NCBI GenBank assembly: GCA_012295275.1 | Contig: CM022665.1 | Location: forward strand, 23,436,001 to 23,500,000 | Direction of reading: 5' to 3' | DNA from: Chrysomallon squamiferum | Lineage: Eukaryota; Animalia; Mollusca | Length of the DNA: 64,000 nucleotides | In this document: piece after piece, positions 41,649 through 54,802 of the stretch | Numbering within the stretch: position 1 is the first letter of the stretch | How the letters are laid out: each line of letters starts with the position of its first letter | The notes under the pieces: model-generated | Told to the model about the DNA's origin: nothing | Databases searched by the model: none | The model's input: the letters and a program-made list of their open reading frames with translations, nothing else | Made by a program: the position numbers and the translations under genes

Positions 41649-43604
41649 TTCGCATTTCCTTTCTTTATTTCTACTTTTCTTTCTTTCTGTCCATTAAACG
41701 GGCCTCTCTAAGGAATGTGTGTAATAATGTGTGCGTGTATATATGTATTTGGGATGCGGGGTGTGTTTGTGTGTGTTTCTACAAGTTTAGGAATAAACGT
41801 AGTTTTAGGGAGTAATTAATACATTCTATGTTTAGTACTTCGCCGATAGGCTGTTATTTCTCACTCTTTCCCAAGCCTGTAAAAAGAACGAGTCAGTTGT
41901 ACAAGAAAAGGGAAGTGATATTTATGCATCTGTTCGATGAGGTTTTTATTACCACTTGCCTTCATCTCGGCATGGGTTAGATGCAGCAGCAAATTTTCAC
42001 GTTTATTTTGTGATTTTAAACCACGATATTATGACAGCGACACGCTTCTTAATCAGTTTATTTGCCGTATCAAAATAAACACATTTGCGTGAGGGCAATA
42101 CGTGAACATTTTCGTCCCTACATCTCCAGTTTACATCAAAGAATTTTTTTTTCACTTCTCTAAATAGTTCGAGGGTCTTGACGCTTCTTGTGTTCCAAGC
42201 CACTAAGCACGTGTTCACCAATGTTTTCTCTGAAAATTTCACACACACGTGCAAGGATAACAAACCTATTATATCGGTTAGCTTTGTTTTTATAAAGATT
42301 CTTTTATTATTATTTTATTAGTTATCTATATAAATAAAAAAACTAACAGCTAATTCAGAGGAATCTATGAACTGTATGTGTGAGTGTGCACGCGCGTGTT
42401 ATACTGACATTTTACAATATTTATTTTAGTGTAGCAGTTAATATAATGTATAAGGAATGAAAAAGAAAAAAAGAAAAACAAATAAAAAAACAAAACAAAA
42501 TAAAATTATAATAAATAAATAAATAAAAAACTGAGAAAAGGGAAAAGTCATAGCATATCAATTTATTTTTAAAAAATATTTATTCATTTATTTCCTCTTG
42601 TTCTTGTTATTATTATTATAGTATCGTTTACAAGGCACTTGAATCCACTTGTATGATTTATGTTAATCTTGACTACTTAATTCCATAAACTACATATAAC
42701 ATCCTAAGACTCCCTCCATAAAAATACAAATAAAAAACATACAACACTTATTAATCAAAATATTGAAAAATAAAAATATTCGCTGTAAAATGACAAATAA
42801 ACAAAATAACACTTAAATAATAAACAATAAAAAGAAGAAAAGAAACAACGATAGGGTGGTGGGGAACAACAAAAAACGCCAATAAAAAAATTAACCAACA
42901 CATAAAATCCTAAACAAGTGGACAAAACTGGGATGCAAAAATCACAGATCGCACAGATGCAAGTGCAATCCGTGGTTCACTAAAGCCTTGATCTCATTAA
43001 CCAATCAAGGGCCATTAAGCAGATTATGTCACCAATGATAATGCGATGGCCCATATCTCCCCGAACTTATTACTGTTTGAGATTCGGTCTGAAAATACCA
43101 GTGACGTTTAGGTTATTTTCAAAATTAGATATGTTGCTATCGCTTATCCTAATTAAATCTTTGAGTTGTCTTTGTTCATCTGAGCGAAATATTGCCTGAC
43201 AGGTTAACAGACTTTAATGGAATAATGTGATAGGCATTCGAGATCCATTGATCAAAAAACCGACATTATGATATTAATTTGAAATTGAAAACCGTGCAAG
43301 AACACAGTTAGGTCGTCTCGTGCCAGAGTTATGTCAAATTACCGAGAATAGACGAGAAATTGTGGCTGTTCCGTCCAATTTGCCAACAACGTGAGTGCGG
43401 GCGAAAAAAAAAAAAAAAAAAAAAATGAAAGAAAAAAATCAAGAAAAGAAAAGAAAAAAAGTGAAAATGCAAAAAAAATGAGAAAAAGCAGAGTAGATTA
43501 ACTTCCCTTTAGTTGTTAAATTATTTTTTTTTATTAAAGTTTGATATGAATTTTAAATGAACATTGTTAAAATTTGATATTATTTTGATTTCTTAGTAAT
43601 GTTC

Positions 43605-43637
<33 letters not shown>

Positions 43638-44421
43638 TGTAGGTATGTATGTATGTAAGTATACAAACATTTTTATCCTTCAGTTATTTCATAATTTCAG
43701 GTTAATATAAGAAAATGAAAAAAACTAATAAAAGAAAATGTATTAGAGTAACTAAGGAGAACACTTTTGTATATGTATATGAGCACCTTCGAGCGTTTGT
43801 ATGTATAAAAGTTCATATTTTCCTTTAAAACTGTTATTTGTTTGTTTGTTTATGTGTTCATTTATTAGTTAGTTTCTTTGTTTATTAGCTTCTATTTTAT
43901 CTTAAAAGGTCTGGTTTCAAAATCGGAGAGCCAAATGGAGGAAGTCGGAAAAGACCTGGGGAAAGTCTAGCATAATGGCGGAATATGGTTTGTACGGCGC
44001 AATGGTACGTCATGCACTTCCGCTTCCTGATTCGATAGTCAAAAGTGCAGAAAAGGGAATTGAAAATTCAAATGCTCCTTGGTTACTTGGTAATTATTTG
44101 CTATTACATTATGATTTAGCAATTTTTAATAATAATAATGCTAGTCACCTATTTTTGGGGCAGATGCTGTTAGGTCATGCTGAAGTTCCAATACAAATGT
44201 GTATCACTGATAGCATTTCCTCCCACACACCCAAAACAAATCATTTCCAAGGAAATCATTTATTTCGGATGTGAAGGAGTAGAGTAAATTTTTTTTTTTT
44301 TCTATAAATATGGCTTACAATCAAAAATTACGGTTCTGAAATAGAAATGAAATTAGTATTAACATGCCTATAATGTTCAATATACTACCACTACAACACC
44401 AGTAACAACAACATCAACCAC

Positions 44422-44475
<54 letters not shown>

Positions 44476-44761
44476 CTATCCTACAGGAATGCACAAAAAA
44501 TCGATCGAAGCTTCACAAAAAATGAACGAGGACGAAGAGAACGACGAAGGCAACAACGACAGCAACGACGCCAGCAAACATAAAGATGAACTGAAATCTG
44601 AGAGTATCGCGGCACTTCGTGCTAAGGCGCAGGAACACAGTGCTCGTCTTCTGCAAGCTGCTTCCAGGGACAGCGAAAACCTTGAGCGGGGCAGTGATAA
44701 AGGCTCAACGAAACCCCCAACATTTCAAAATACTGGAGAGGTCCTGCGACCCGGGCAGTGA
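27344..44761 (+). CDS. Vsx: Vsx/Chx10-family homeobox gene B, spliced CDS join(27344..27773,37469..37553,41420..41543,43909..44089,44487..44761), 364 aa
   Basis: Five exons join in frame (430+85+124+181+275=1095 nt). Octapeptide FAIQEILGL, homeodomain [63 protein letters not shown] ending [27 protein letters not shown]. Confidence 0.92.
30545..30761 (+). repeat. Near-perfect 109-bp tandem duplication anchored on (TA)n(TATG)n
   Basis: GTAATGGAATATGTCGTCTATTTTATAACTTTTTAAACATAAAAAGGTTAACTCTAAATTAAATAATAGATA occurs at 30581 and 30690. Confidence 0.93.
37469..37553 (+). CDS. Vsx: Vsx gene B exon 2 ([29 protein letters not shown])
   Basis: Acceptor TTTCCAG|TT and donor AG|GTAAAC; 85 nt; phase 1 to 2 matches flanking exons. 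Lies in a different frame from the listed 37445 ORF. Confidence 0.88.
37575..37758. repeat. Compound (AAT)n/(AGT)n microsatellite just after gene B exon 2
   Basis: Directly visible. Confidence 0.95.
41420..41543 (+). CDS. Vsx: Vsx gene B exon 3, homeodomain helices 1-2
   Basis: Acceptor TTTTCAG|A and donor CAG|GTATTT; 124 nt. Confidence 0.96.
41555..41645. repeat. (CT)n microsatellite starting about 11 nt after the gene B exon 3 donor
   Basis: Directly visible. Confidence 0.97.
43909..44089 (+). CDS. Vsx: Vsx gene B exon 4, recognition helix and CVC domain
   Basis: Acceptor TTAAAAG|GTC (AAG type) and donor G|GTAATT; 181 nt; [60 protein letters not shown]. Confidence 0.96.
44487..44761 (+). 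CDS. Vsx: Vsx gene B exon 5, end of CVC and OAR motif
   Basis: Acceptor CCTACAG|GA; (G)[24 protein letters not shown]..; stop TGA at 44759-44761. Confidence 0.94.
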
Positions 44762-45639
44762 GCTTCGTCGTTAGTTATTGAATCAATAACTACTGCAGCA
44801 ACAACGAGTAATTCATCGAAGAGCGATGTCGACAATATCCGCCCACTTTTGCATGTGCAGTTCAACGACTGAATTTGATTGGTCATATTATGTACTCGTG
44901 ACGGAATCATTTTAGAATTCTCTTTCGTTTCACATTTAACGTTTGTCAGTCAAATTAAAAACAAAGAGGACAAAAAAATAATAGTAATTTTGGCATACCC
45001 CCATGGTACCAGTAGTAATAGTAAGCAGGATTAGCCAACGCAGTTTGAAAGGGAAATAACTCCTTGGCACCGCTAATAATTATGTCGGAAACGAAAGTCA
45101 TTGAGATGGCGTTGATAAAATTTACAATGTCATCGAGTCTGCTGCATATTTTGACTGCCATGTGTATATTATTCCTTTTTGTTATTCGTCGTTTCTATCG
45201 ACGTTCTTGAATTATTTTAAATGGTTGTAAAGTTATGTACAATATAAAAGTGAGATTTCGCAAGTACAATTGTTATATGTTGTCTTGTCAACGAACAATG
45301 AAAGCAGTGAAACATCAAGGTTTAAGATTATCATGTTTGTTTCAGATGGTGGGAATTTCCTTATTATTATAATATCATTTTATCAACGAAAATACATTTT
45401 TAATTTTTTTATAAATTATTCGTAGCCTTCGTTAAATAACAGAAAGAGCAACAACAAAAATTATCCAAAGATTAGCTACGTAGCTGTGTTATCTTCCTTC
45501 TGTTCATCATAATGATGTGTTTTGATATTAATATTCAAATATTAAGTACTGCAATTATTAATATTATTTCAGATAATATATTATTATCAATAAATTAATG
45601 GTTATTGTTGTATGTTTTATTATTTTATTATTATTATTA

Positions 45640-45703
<64 letters not shown>

Positions 45704-47026
45704 TTGACTATTATCATTTTATTGTTTTATAGTTAGTTTCTTTTCCTTGCTGTCAAATAATTTATTTGATTTAGCATCCAAATGTAAAGGAATAGGAAAA
45801 AAATGTATTATTATTAGTATAATTATTATTATTTTACCTACTTAAAATTAAAAAATGCCATAACAACTTACAAACAACAATCACAGAAAAGTTATCTATT
45901 GAAAATGCCTTATGTAAATTATGTTTAGTTTGATACATGTATGTTAATGATGTGTGCAACGTTGGTGCTAACTATTAATGAAATAAAAATATAAAAAAAA
46001 TAAAATAAAATAAATAAAATCAGTTATTCATTGTCACTTCATCACATATTTTGATGGGAGCTGTGGTAATTCTTTGAGGTTTTTTTTACATCGTATTTTC
46101 TTTTCTTTCATTCCTTCATTATTTATTTCATTTTATTAATAGAAAACATTTATTTCTATAAATAAAATATATTAATTCTGCGTCAATATGGTTCAACAAT
46201 TCCAAAAAGTGTCGAAAGAAAATTAATTATTTTACTAATAATTTGACAACTCAATACTTAATGCAATATCATTAAATCTGTATAATCGATAAGATAAAAA
46301 GAATATATATTCACAGAGGAAAACAAAAATAACAGAAAATTCAGTACGGTATGCCACTCGAAATTACGGTATGAGTAAAACATTGCATGATAAATATTTT
46401 AAGCTGCCAGGTAAAGAGTACAGAGCCAATTTCATTACTTAAATGAAACTTCAGATCATTTCATTGCTCTGAGAAAAAAGTTTAAAAAAAAAAAAGAAAT
46501 AAAATAAATAAAAACAAAAAAGATCTTTACACTTGACGTAGCAGATACCATCCATCATGATTTAAATATTATTTTGTTTGTTAAGTAGTTCGCCTACAGT
46601 TACAGCCAGGGGAATATCTCGTTTGTCATTGTTATTTTTTTTACCCCCACCCAAATGCAATATATTTAAATAATTAAAATTTTGGATAATTACAGTCATA
46701 CTGTTACATGTCTCCTGGATACAAAGGTGATAAAATGAGAGAGAACTGAATGAAATACGCTTGTAGGTAAATATATCACATTTGAACAATGAAAGATTAC
46801 GCACATTTTTTTTATTTTTTTTATTTTTATTTTTTTTATTTTTTTTCACGCGTAAATTCTAGAATATAATAATGTAGACTGCAAAAGAGGTAAGGTTGAA
46901 CTCTGACGAAGCAGTTTCATTAATCATTTATTTATGATTATCATCACAACCACCAAAAACATTATCATCATTATTTTAAATCACATTTGGCTTTTATGTC
47001 TTTTTCGCATATATTAAGATATTAGC

Positions 47027-47058
<32 letters not shown>

Positions 47059-48043
47059 TACATCCCTTCAGCACTATTTCGATCTGATATTTGAAATCCA
47101 GATACTAGCAAAGTAAACGAATTTCAGATTCTATGTTGCTTGAGATTAAGCCTGATATCCCCAGTATTATGCACTGCAGTGGCCCACGTCATACAGATTG
47201 AAACATGATGGCCAACCCGTTGTTTAACCCTGACCACATACTTTTACGACACAACTGGTGACAGGCTGTCGTGTCAGCATTCCCCAATCAACGAAATTCG
47301 CTCCGTAGCGACGACACGTTAAAATAAGCCATACATTGTCAGAAACTTGTCTCACCAACTCTGCTCTAAATCTGTCAGGGAAACAAACACTGGAGTGTGT
47401 ACAAGATAACGACTAGGTAGGCGTACAGCCGTGGTGGAGGAACGTCGCGAGTGATGACACACACGGACGGAAGTTACGTTCACACTCCTCTGTTGTTGTT
47501 TTTTTGGCAGGTGCGCCTTTTCAACAAGTTCCGACACCTCGTAAAGTTCTATTGCTTCCGGAGCGATTATTTTGCTTCATTTTAATATTAATAATCAATG
47601 AATTATTTCAGAAATTTGCGTAACTGTCTTGACAGATTTCTACTAGTTATTGCTTTGGCTTCTTCTTCTGCTTGTTAAAAATCGTAATCGTTTTATTTCG
47701 ATTTTCAAACATTTAAGTTTTAATAGTTTAGTATGAAATAGTTAACCTGTCACCAGTTCTGAAAATAAATCAAACTTCTTAAACAAAACCACCAACACCA
47801 TCAATAACAGAATGACAAAAACAAAATTCTTTGTCCTTACATTATCTAATCCCGAACCCCCAAACCTGTTGTTACAATTCTATAGGCGTGACAACTTGCT
47901 TGTTCGCCACCAGTGATCACGCACACATAATGATATATGTATATGTATATGTATACATGTATGTGTATGTGTGTGTATATATTTGTGTGTATATGTATGT
48001 GTGTGTATGTGTATATGTGTGTGTGTATGTGTGTGAGTGTGAA

Positions 48044-48081
<38 letters not shown>

Positions 48082-48502
48082 ACTGGACTTTTCGAAAATG
48101 GCCACAACGTGTCACATTTAACTGAAGTGTTTGATTTTTACATAAGATGATAAAAGTAAATCTGTGTGGAAAGCATTACAGGTACTCGATTTACCACCTT
48201 AACACCTTAGTGACATTCCAGTCACCATACAAATATTATATTGACAGTGTTGTTGACTTCCATACAAGTACCCTTAAGTTGTTTAGTCAATATAACATAT
48301 TAGTGGAGAGATCACGTACAGTCTGTCATAGCAGACTGGCACTGGAATGTAACGAAAGTGGAATGAAAGACAAAATAGAAAATAAAGAAATAAAGCAAAA
48401 AAACAAAACAAAGAAAGAGAAAATAAAACAACAAAATAAACAAATTTATGAATGAGAGGTATGTATATATATATATTTATTTAGATATATTTAGATATAT
48501 AT

Positions 48503-48626
<124 letters not shown>

Positions 48627-49678
48627 CTACTATCAAATACCAATTCACTGATACACTTGCTGGCGCTCTAAATTAAGCGAAGCTATTAAAGCAAATGCCT
48701 CACCGATATATGATGAATTATCAGTAAAGTAATAATGTTTTCTTAAATGAATAATTTTAAAATAATTACTGAACAGTTGTTGAGTCCTTGTCGTTTATCT
48801 AGGTGCAGTTGTATACTTGTGTTTTATGAAACGTTTTTTGTATCAGGCAGTCAGTGTTTGACAGACGCGTTTTTCATTTGGTCAATTTGAAAATAATACT
48901 GACTAGAGACTAAGGCTGTATATATATATATATATATATTTCGATGAATTTTTTTTTTCTGAATATTTCACTGCTTGTATATGTTATTTTCTGCATGTAT
49001 ATGTGTATGTATGTGTTTGTATTCACACACATACACACACAGTTATGAATAAGTGAATTATTCAAATATAGCATAGTCTTATATCGAAAAGCTGAAAGCT
49101 GGTAGTACCATTTTGATTTAGTACTGTTGTATTATTTGTATTAAATCGAAGTTAAGCTTTGAAAACCTGAATCACTTTGAAAGAAAGACTATTTTTTTAC
49201 AGAGCTGTGTCTGTGGAAGTCAAAGAGTAATTGCCCTTCACGTCCTATAGTGATGTATAGTCTTTGTTTATTGCATGTTAGTGTCGCATATTAATGGTAA
49301 TATTTGTTGTTATTGTAATTTGGATGATACGTGCACAGAAAAACACTTTTAATCATATGGAAGATGGGGACCGCGGAGACATCGAGGGTGTCTAGGGAGC
49401 TACCTGATGTTGTGAACGATGATGCAGTCTTGCATTAGCTCTAGATGAAAACGGTAATATGTAATGAGCAGGTTTAACAGTGCAAGACAATATGGCTATT
49501 ACCGAGATTGGCGGCTCATGGAGAACATCCCAGGGGAGAGAACTGATAGGATGAAATCTATACTGCTGTCCACAAAACACGCAATCCCACAGCAGTGATG
49601 TGCAAAATAGATTTATAAACAATTAGTGTTAACATGCATGCGAGGGCAGATTAATAAAGACTTTTATTCCATTGTTTC

Positions 49679-49714
<36 letters not shown>

Positions 49715-50167
49715 TTCCCCACTCCCGTGGTGGTGTAAGATCTTTTTATAGAATTTGTGCTTTAATCATTTGACGTGAATTTTTAAAATTATTGCTGTGG
49801 TCATTTATTTAACAAATTATCTGCTAAATTATGATTAAATAATTTTAGAGAGACAAACAAAAATTAACTGTTTAGGAGCAAAATAATAATAACAATAATA
49901 AAATATGTGAAAAGAAAGACTATTTTTATTTTTTGTTATTTTGTTTTCGAAACAGATAAATAAAAAGAATATTGTTATTGGCTAAAATACACATAACATA
50001 CTATACAAATACACACACTTCAAAGGCTGAAGAAACACCTTTAAAAAATTATTTAGAAAAAAACAACAACAACAACCTAACAAAGAAAGAAAGAAAGCAG
50101 AAAGAAAATAAGGGAAGAAAAAATTCGGTTAAATATTTTTAACTGAATTTCTTATTTGCAGTAATAT

Positions 50168-50388
50168 TTAAGTGAATGGGACTGTGTATATATAATCAGT
50201 CACAATCAAATATATTCACATTTAATGATATTGCATATATATATTATATATACACATATTATATATACACAGTCAATATCATTGAATGTGATTATATATA
50301 TATATATATATATATATGCAATATCATTAAATGTGAATATATTTGATTGTGACTGATTATATATACACAGTCAATATCATTGAATGTG

Positions 50389-50426
<38 letters not shown>

Positions 50427-50490
50427 ATATCATTAAATGTGAATATATTTGATTGTGACTGATTATATATACACAGTCCCAGTCACTTAA
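50168..50490. repeat. Foldback/MITE-like element: ~77-bp terminal inverted repeats with an internal tandem duplication
   Basis: 50168-50244 matches the reverse complement of 50414-50490 with one mismatch; both ends are TTAA; an extra partial right arm lies at about 50308-50372. Confidence 0.85.
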
Positions 50491-51285
50491 TTAGTCAACC
50501 ATTTGAAGCACAGTTATGTCCTCAAAATATTTAATGGTCATATCTGACGTTTCTGTGCAAGACGATATCATTATTTTAGGCAGTTAATTAATGGAGATAG
50601 TAAGATTATGATACCCTTTCCAAATTAGGTAGAAGTCAGTACTGAGATGCGATCTCCAAGCCTAATCAGTAATTATACCGAAGGCTCCATCACTGCACCA
50701 AAGATGCTGGTTCATCACTGCCATTATCAGAAATACACGAAAACTACATAACATATCCCATCAGCACCAGAGTCTAGAACAAATTAGCTCTTCGTTAAAG
50801 ACGATGACGCTTCAAACAAACTGCCATTATTGTCAGTGCACGGGTCGAACTAATTTTTTCTCTTCATTAATTCTAGGCACGGCCGTATCATATTAATTAA
50901 TTGTTGAAATCATTAGGTTTCGACAGTCGAGAGATTAGCCTATTTATCAAAGGCAAATAACCCGCATATTTCCGTCAGGGTTTCATCCTGGTGTAATTCC
51001 TTTCCGTGTTTTGAAAGATGACATTTGAAGACCAGCGGTCATAGTCATATTCATTTTACACGTCACGTAGGAAAAAAAAAATAACAGAAAGAAAGAAAGA
51101 AAAAAAGAGTTAACATTAATGTGGAAAAAGAAAAGAAAGGAAAATTGGTTTTTATTAATTAATATAAAATCTAGAAAATAAAGTGAGAAAAGAGGAAGAT
51201 TATGGGTATCCTTTTTTTTTGTTATTGTGAATATTGTTTGTATATCAAAAAATATATACATTATTCATTAACTGCTCTATTATTT

Positions 51286-51371
<86 letters not shown>

Positions 51372-52031
51372 GTTAATCGAATCGACATCAAAAAATTCGT
51401 TAAAATCATGATTCGGTAAACATTCGCTCGTCTGAACGCTGGAAATGTGAATGTAATTTTTGTATATAACACGAAGGAAGCGGCCACTCTCTAATCTAAT
51501 GCGCTGAGATTTGTACTCAAATACAGAAGTCGCGTGCGTTTTGTTCCGAGAACAGATGGCTTCCCCGTCGAATTTTACCGAAATCACGGACTGGTTCACG
51601 TCCTCTCGGAAACGATAATATAAATATTGACGGAATAATTAGCTGGTAATAGGGAAATTAGATCTTTTAATAATTGGATTAGCAGAGTTTTTGAACTGGG
51701 AACAGTTTAGTATTATTTCATGGAAAATAAAATGTTCCCCCAAAAATGTGGGAAAAAAAATGGAAGGATGATTGAGAATCAAATGCATAATCATTATTAT
51801 ATAAAATTAGGTTAGTAATTAAATAATACAAAATTAAAGTTATCTGGTTTGAAAATGACATTTAAGTTAATGATTGCCGAAAGTAGCTTTTCAAAATTTA
51901 GAAAATGTTAAAAATAAAAAATAAATTAATTTATTTCAGTTATGATTTGTTTATCTTTAAGTCAAATGTAATGACCAAAGCAAACAAGGAAAATAATGCA
52001 AGAAAAGATCATTTTGTTTAAAAACACAAAA

Positions 52032-52200
52032 AGCGAGTTCAGTGGTGAAATGGATCGCAGGTTTGATACGTAACTGATTGTGTGTGTTCCTTAAAGCTTT
52101 GTTTTCCTTCGATGACTAGTTTATCTCCTGTCCGTGAAGGATACAATAGACACCTGTAGTAGAAGCAAGAAGTGTGTGTGTGTGTGTCTGTGTGTGTGTG
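52032..52200 (+). mobile_element. Possible decayed tRNA-derived SINE ending in (GT)n
   Basis: A-box-like GAGTTCAGTGG and B-box-like GGTTTGATAC near 52060, about 100 nt of complex body, then a simple-repeat tail. Resemblance only. Confidence 0.25.
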
Positions 52201-54740
52201 TATGCGTATTTATGTATGTATGAGCGCGCGCTTTTCAAACAGTCACGTATGATAGAAAATTAATCAGTATAATGTTAAGTTGAATTAACTTAAAAGTCTG
52301 ATAATGATTTTTTTGTTTTCTTCTCTGTGACCAAAAAGGAATTAAACATCGAACTGGTGAGTAGTATGCAAACAGTTGACAATTATTCGTTTTAATCTTC
52401 ATTTGGGTAGTTCTATGTAGTTTTTACGCTATGAGCCAACTATATATCTTAACAAGAAATCAGCCGAACATGTAAATAATCTCACAAAAATAAACACACA
52501 TGCTAATGGAAATCATATTATAATAAGAGAATTCATGTACGGAGAGAGATATCAAAGGAATCGATAAACAAAAAATTGATTCATAATGAAAGTGAATAAC
52601 ATTACCAATAACAATTCAATATTTCTTTTTTACACTTATAAAAAAAAAGAAAAGAAAGTTAAACAAGAGTTCAAAGTCTAAAATGTAGCTGTTAAATCAT
52701 CTTCAGTTCATGATATCAAAAACAGCCATATATACATGCCATCAATGTTGAAAGAAAAAAACATCAGAAATCTAATTAATAGATTGAGCTTTAAGTCTGG
52801 GCTAGTCATAGAATGTGATTCATATACCTGTTTAAGTCCGATTCACTAACCACTATTCTGTTAAAGGCTTACAAAAGAAAACCCACCAAACTTTCATTTC
52901 ACAAATCATTACACCAGAGAAAACGCCCTGACAAATAGCGGAAAAACATTACTTGCAGAAATCAGCGTCACAGACACGTGATATTGGTGCTTAATTCCTT
53001 TAATCTGTGATCAGTTAATCAACTTATCATCCTCGTCACACTCTCTATTAAATTGAGTTGATGGCGATTCCAGACACATCCAAGAACAAGGGTAGTCTCA
53101 CCCAGCAACCAAACCGAAACCATCCCTCGAGACACGTTCCCTGGAAGCAATTCCATCAGCACCGAAACATGGATAAACGGTTTGGGAAATAGAAACTAAC
53201 AGCGTCCTCCATTAGAGCTATTAGCCAGCTCCCAGGAGAACGGACCAGATTAATTCTAGTTTCGAATTAATTGATTGTTTTCCAAGTGTCACACAAGCGG
53301 TCGGAGTTATTTGTCATCTAAATAGCTAATTGTATCGTTACCGTACAAACCGAGCCACAGAGGCCTACTTTATGACGTATATTATCAAGTTTAATGAAGA
53401 CACTAGGATGAGGGAGCGTGTTCGATTGCAAGACACGAATTACTAACCATGTTTGAGGCTTCCCTCAGCGAGAATTCATCAGCCAGATTTGTAAGATTTT
53501 TGACTTTGAGGAGTTTTCTAGTCGACAAGACCGGACTCCCGAGGAAACCTAAGCCACTTTTGAGTGTGCGATTTATCTCATTTTGCTACTGGAAGCGACA
53601 ACAACAGTCTCAGGAGTACTGCTTGGAATACAAAACAGAGAACACTGGGACAGCAGACATTTTTAAAACGTTCTACTTGTCTGACGTGTGATAGTTACAA
53701 ATCAGTTTGCATTGGTTTAAACCTGTTTCCATCACATCGATAAACAAGTAATAAATGATCAAACGGTTGCAGATATTAAAGATATTTATTAATATAATGT
53801 TACTTTTATATCCTTTTCCCCACTTTGAATGGCTTTCAAACAACGTTATAGAATATTATAACAAGTTATGTATTTATTTATTTATGCATTCGAAAAAGTA
53901 AAAAAAAAAAATGAAAGAAGATAATTCTAAATATTTTTAACACATTTCAATAAATAATGAAATAATGAAATGATGTAATACACGTATTCAAATTATAAGC
54001 AAATCAATAACTAGAACTTCTTTAATCGGACAGTATCCTGTGAAATTTCTGAAATAGCCACACCAACGATAACGATTTAAAATTTTTAAATTGTCTTACT
54101 GCCAATTAAAAGTAGCCGCACATTCATTATTTGACTCGCAGGTCGTAACTCAAAACTATCAAAATTAAAAGAAACTTAATCGTCAATCCATAATGCATAT
54201 AAAATGTGTTGCATTAGATTGGCAGTGTCTTCCCTGCGGGGGTGCGGGACGCCGTTATTTTTCTGAGTGATATTCCATTATAGTTTTAATAAAAGAACAA
54301 TGCGCCTTTTACCTAGCAACAATTGAAACACGTAAAGCTGAGATGTGAAAAGGCCGACAAGCGTGTCCTGTACACGATAGCGTTATCTCAACCAATTACT
54401 ACGTCAGAACTCCTGGGCGGATTCACTTCCGCTTCCGGCGCTGTGCAGTTATGCCTGTCTTCACATCAAAGTTACCTTTGTACTGTTCTAATTAGCCGAG
54501 TTTTCACCTGGCTGGGTATAGTTATATGGAAAGGAAGAGGGCAATTTAGTGAATAACACGCATGAACGTTAATAATCAAACTCAAAACAACAGTGACAAT
54601 TGGAGAATTAAAACGCAACATTAACGCAATTTTCTAATTATATAAATGACATTTCTATAACGATCAGAGAAAAATCGTGCTGCAGAAATCAAAACAAACA
54701 ATATTTTTTAAAGGATTTTAAAACCCCCAGAATGAACAGA

Positions 54741-54802
<62 letters not shown>

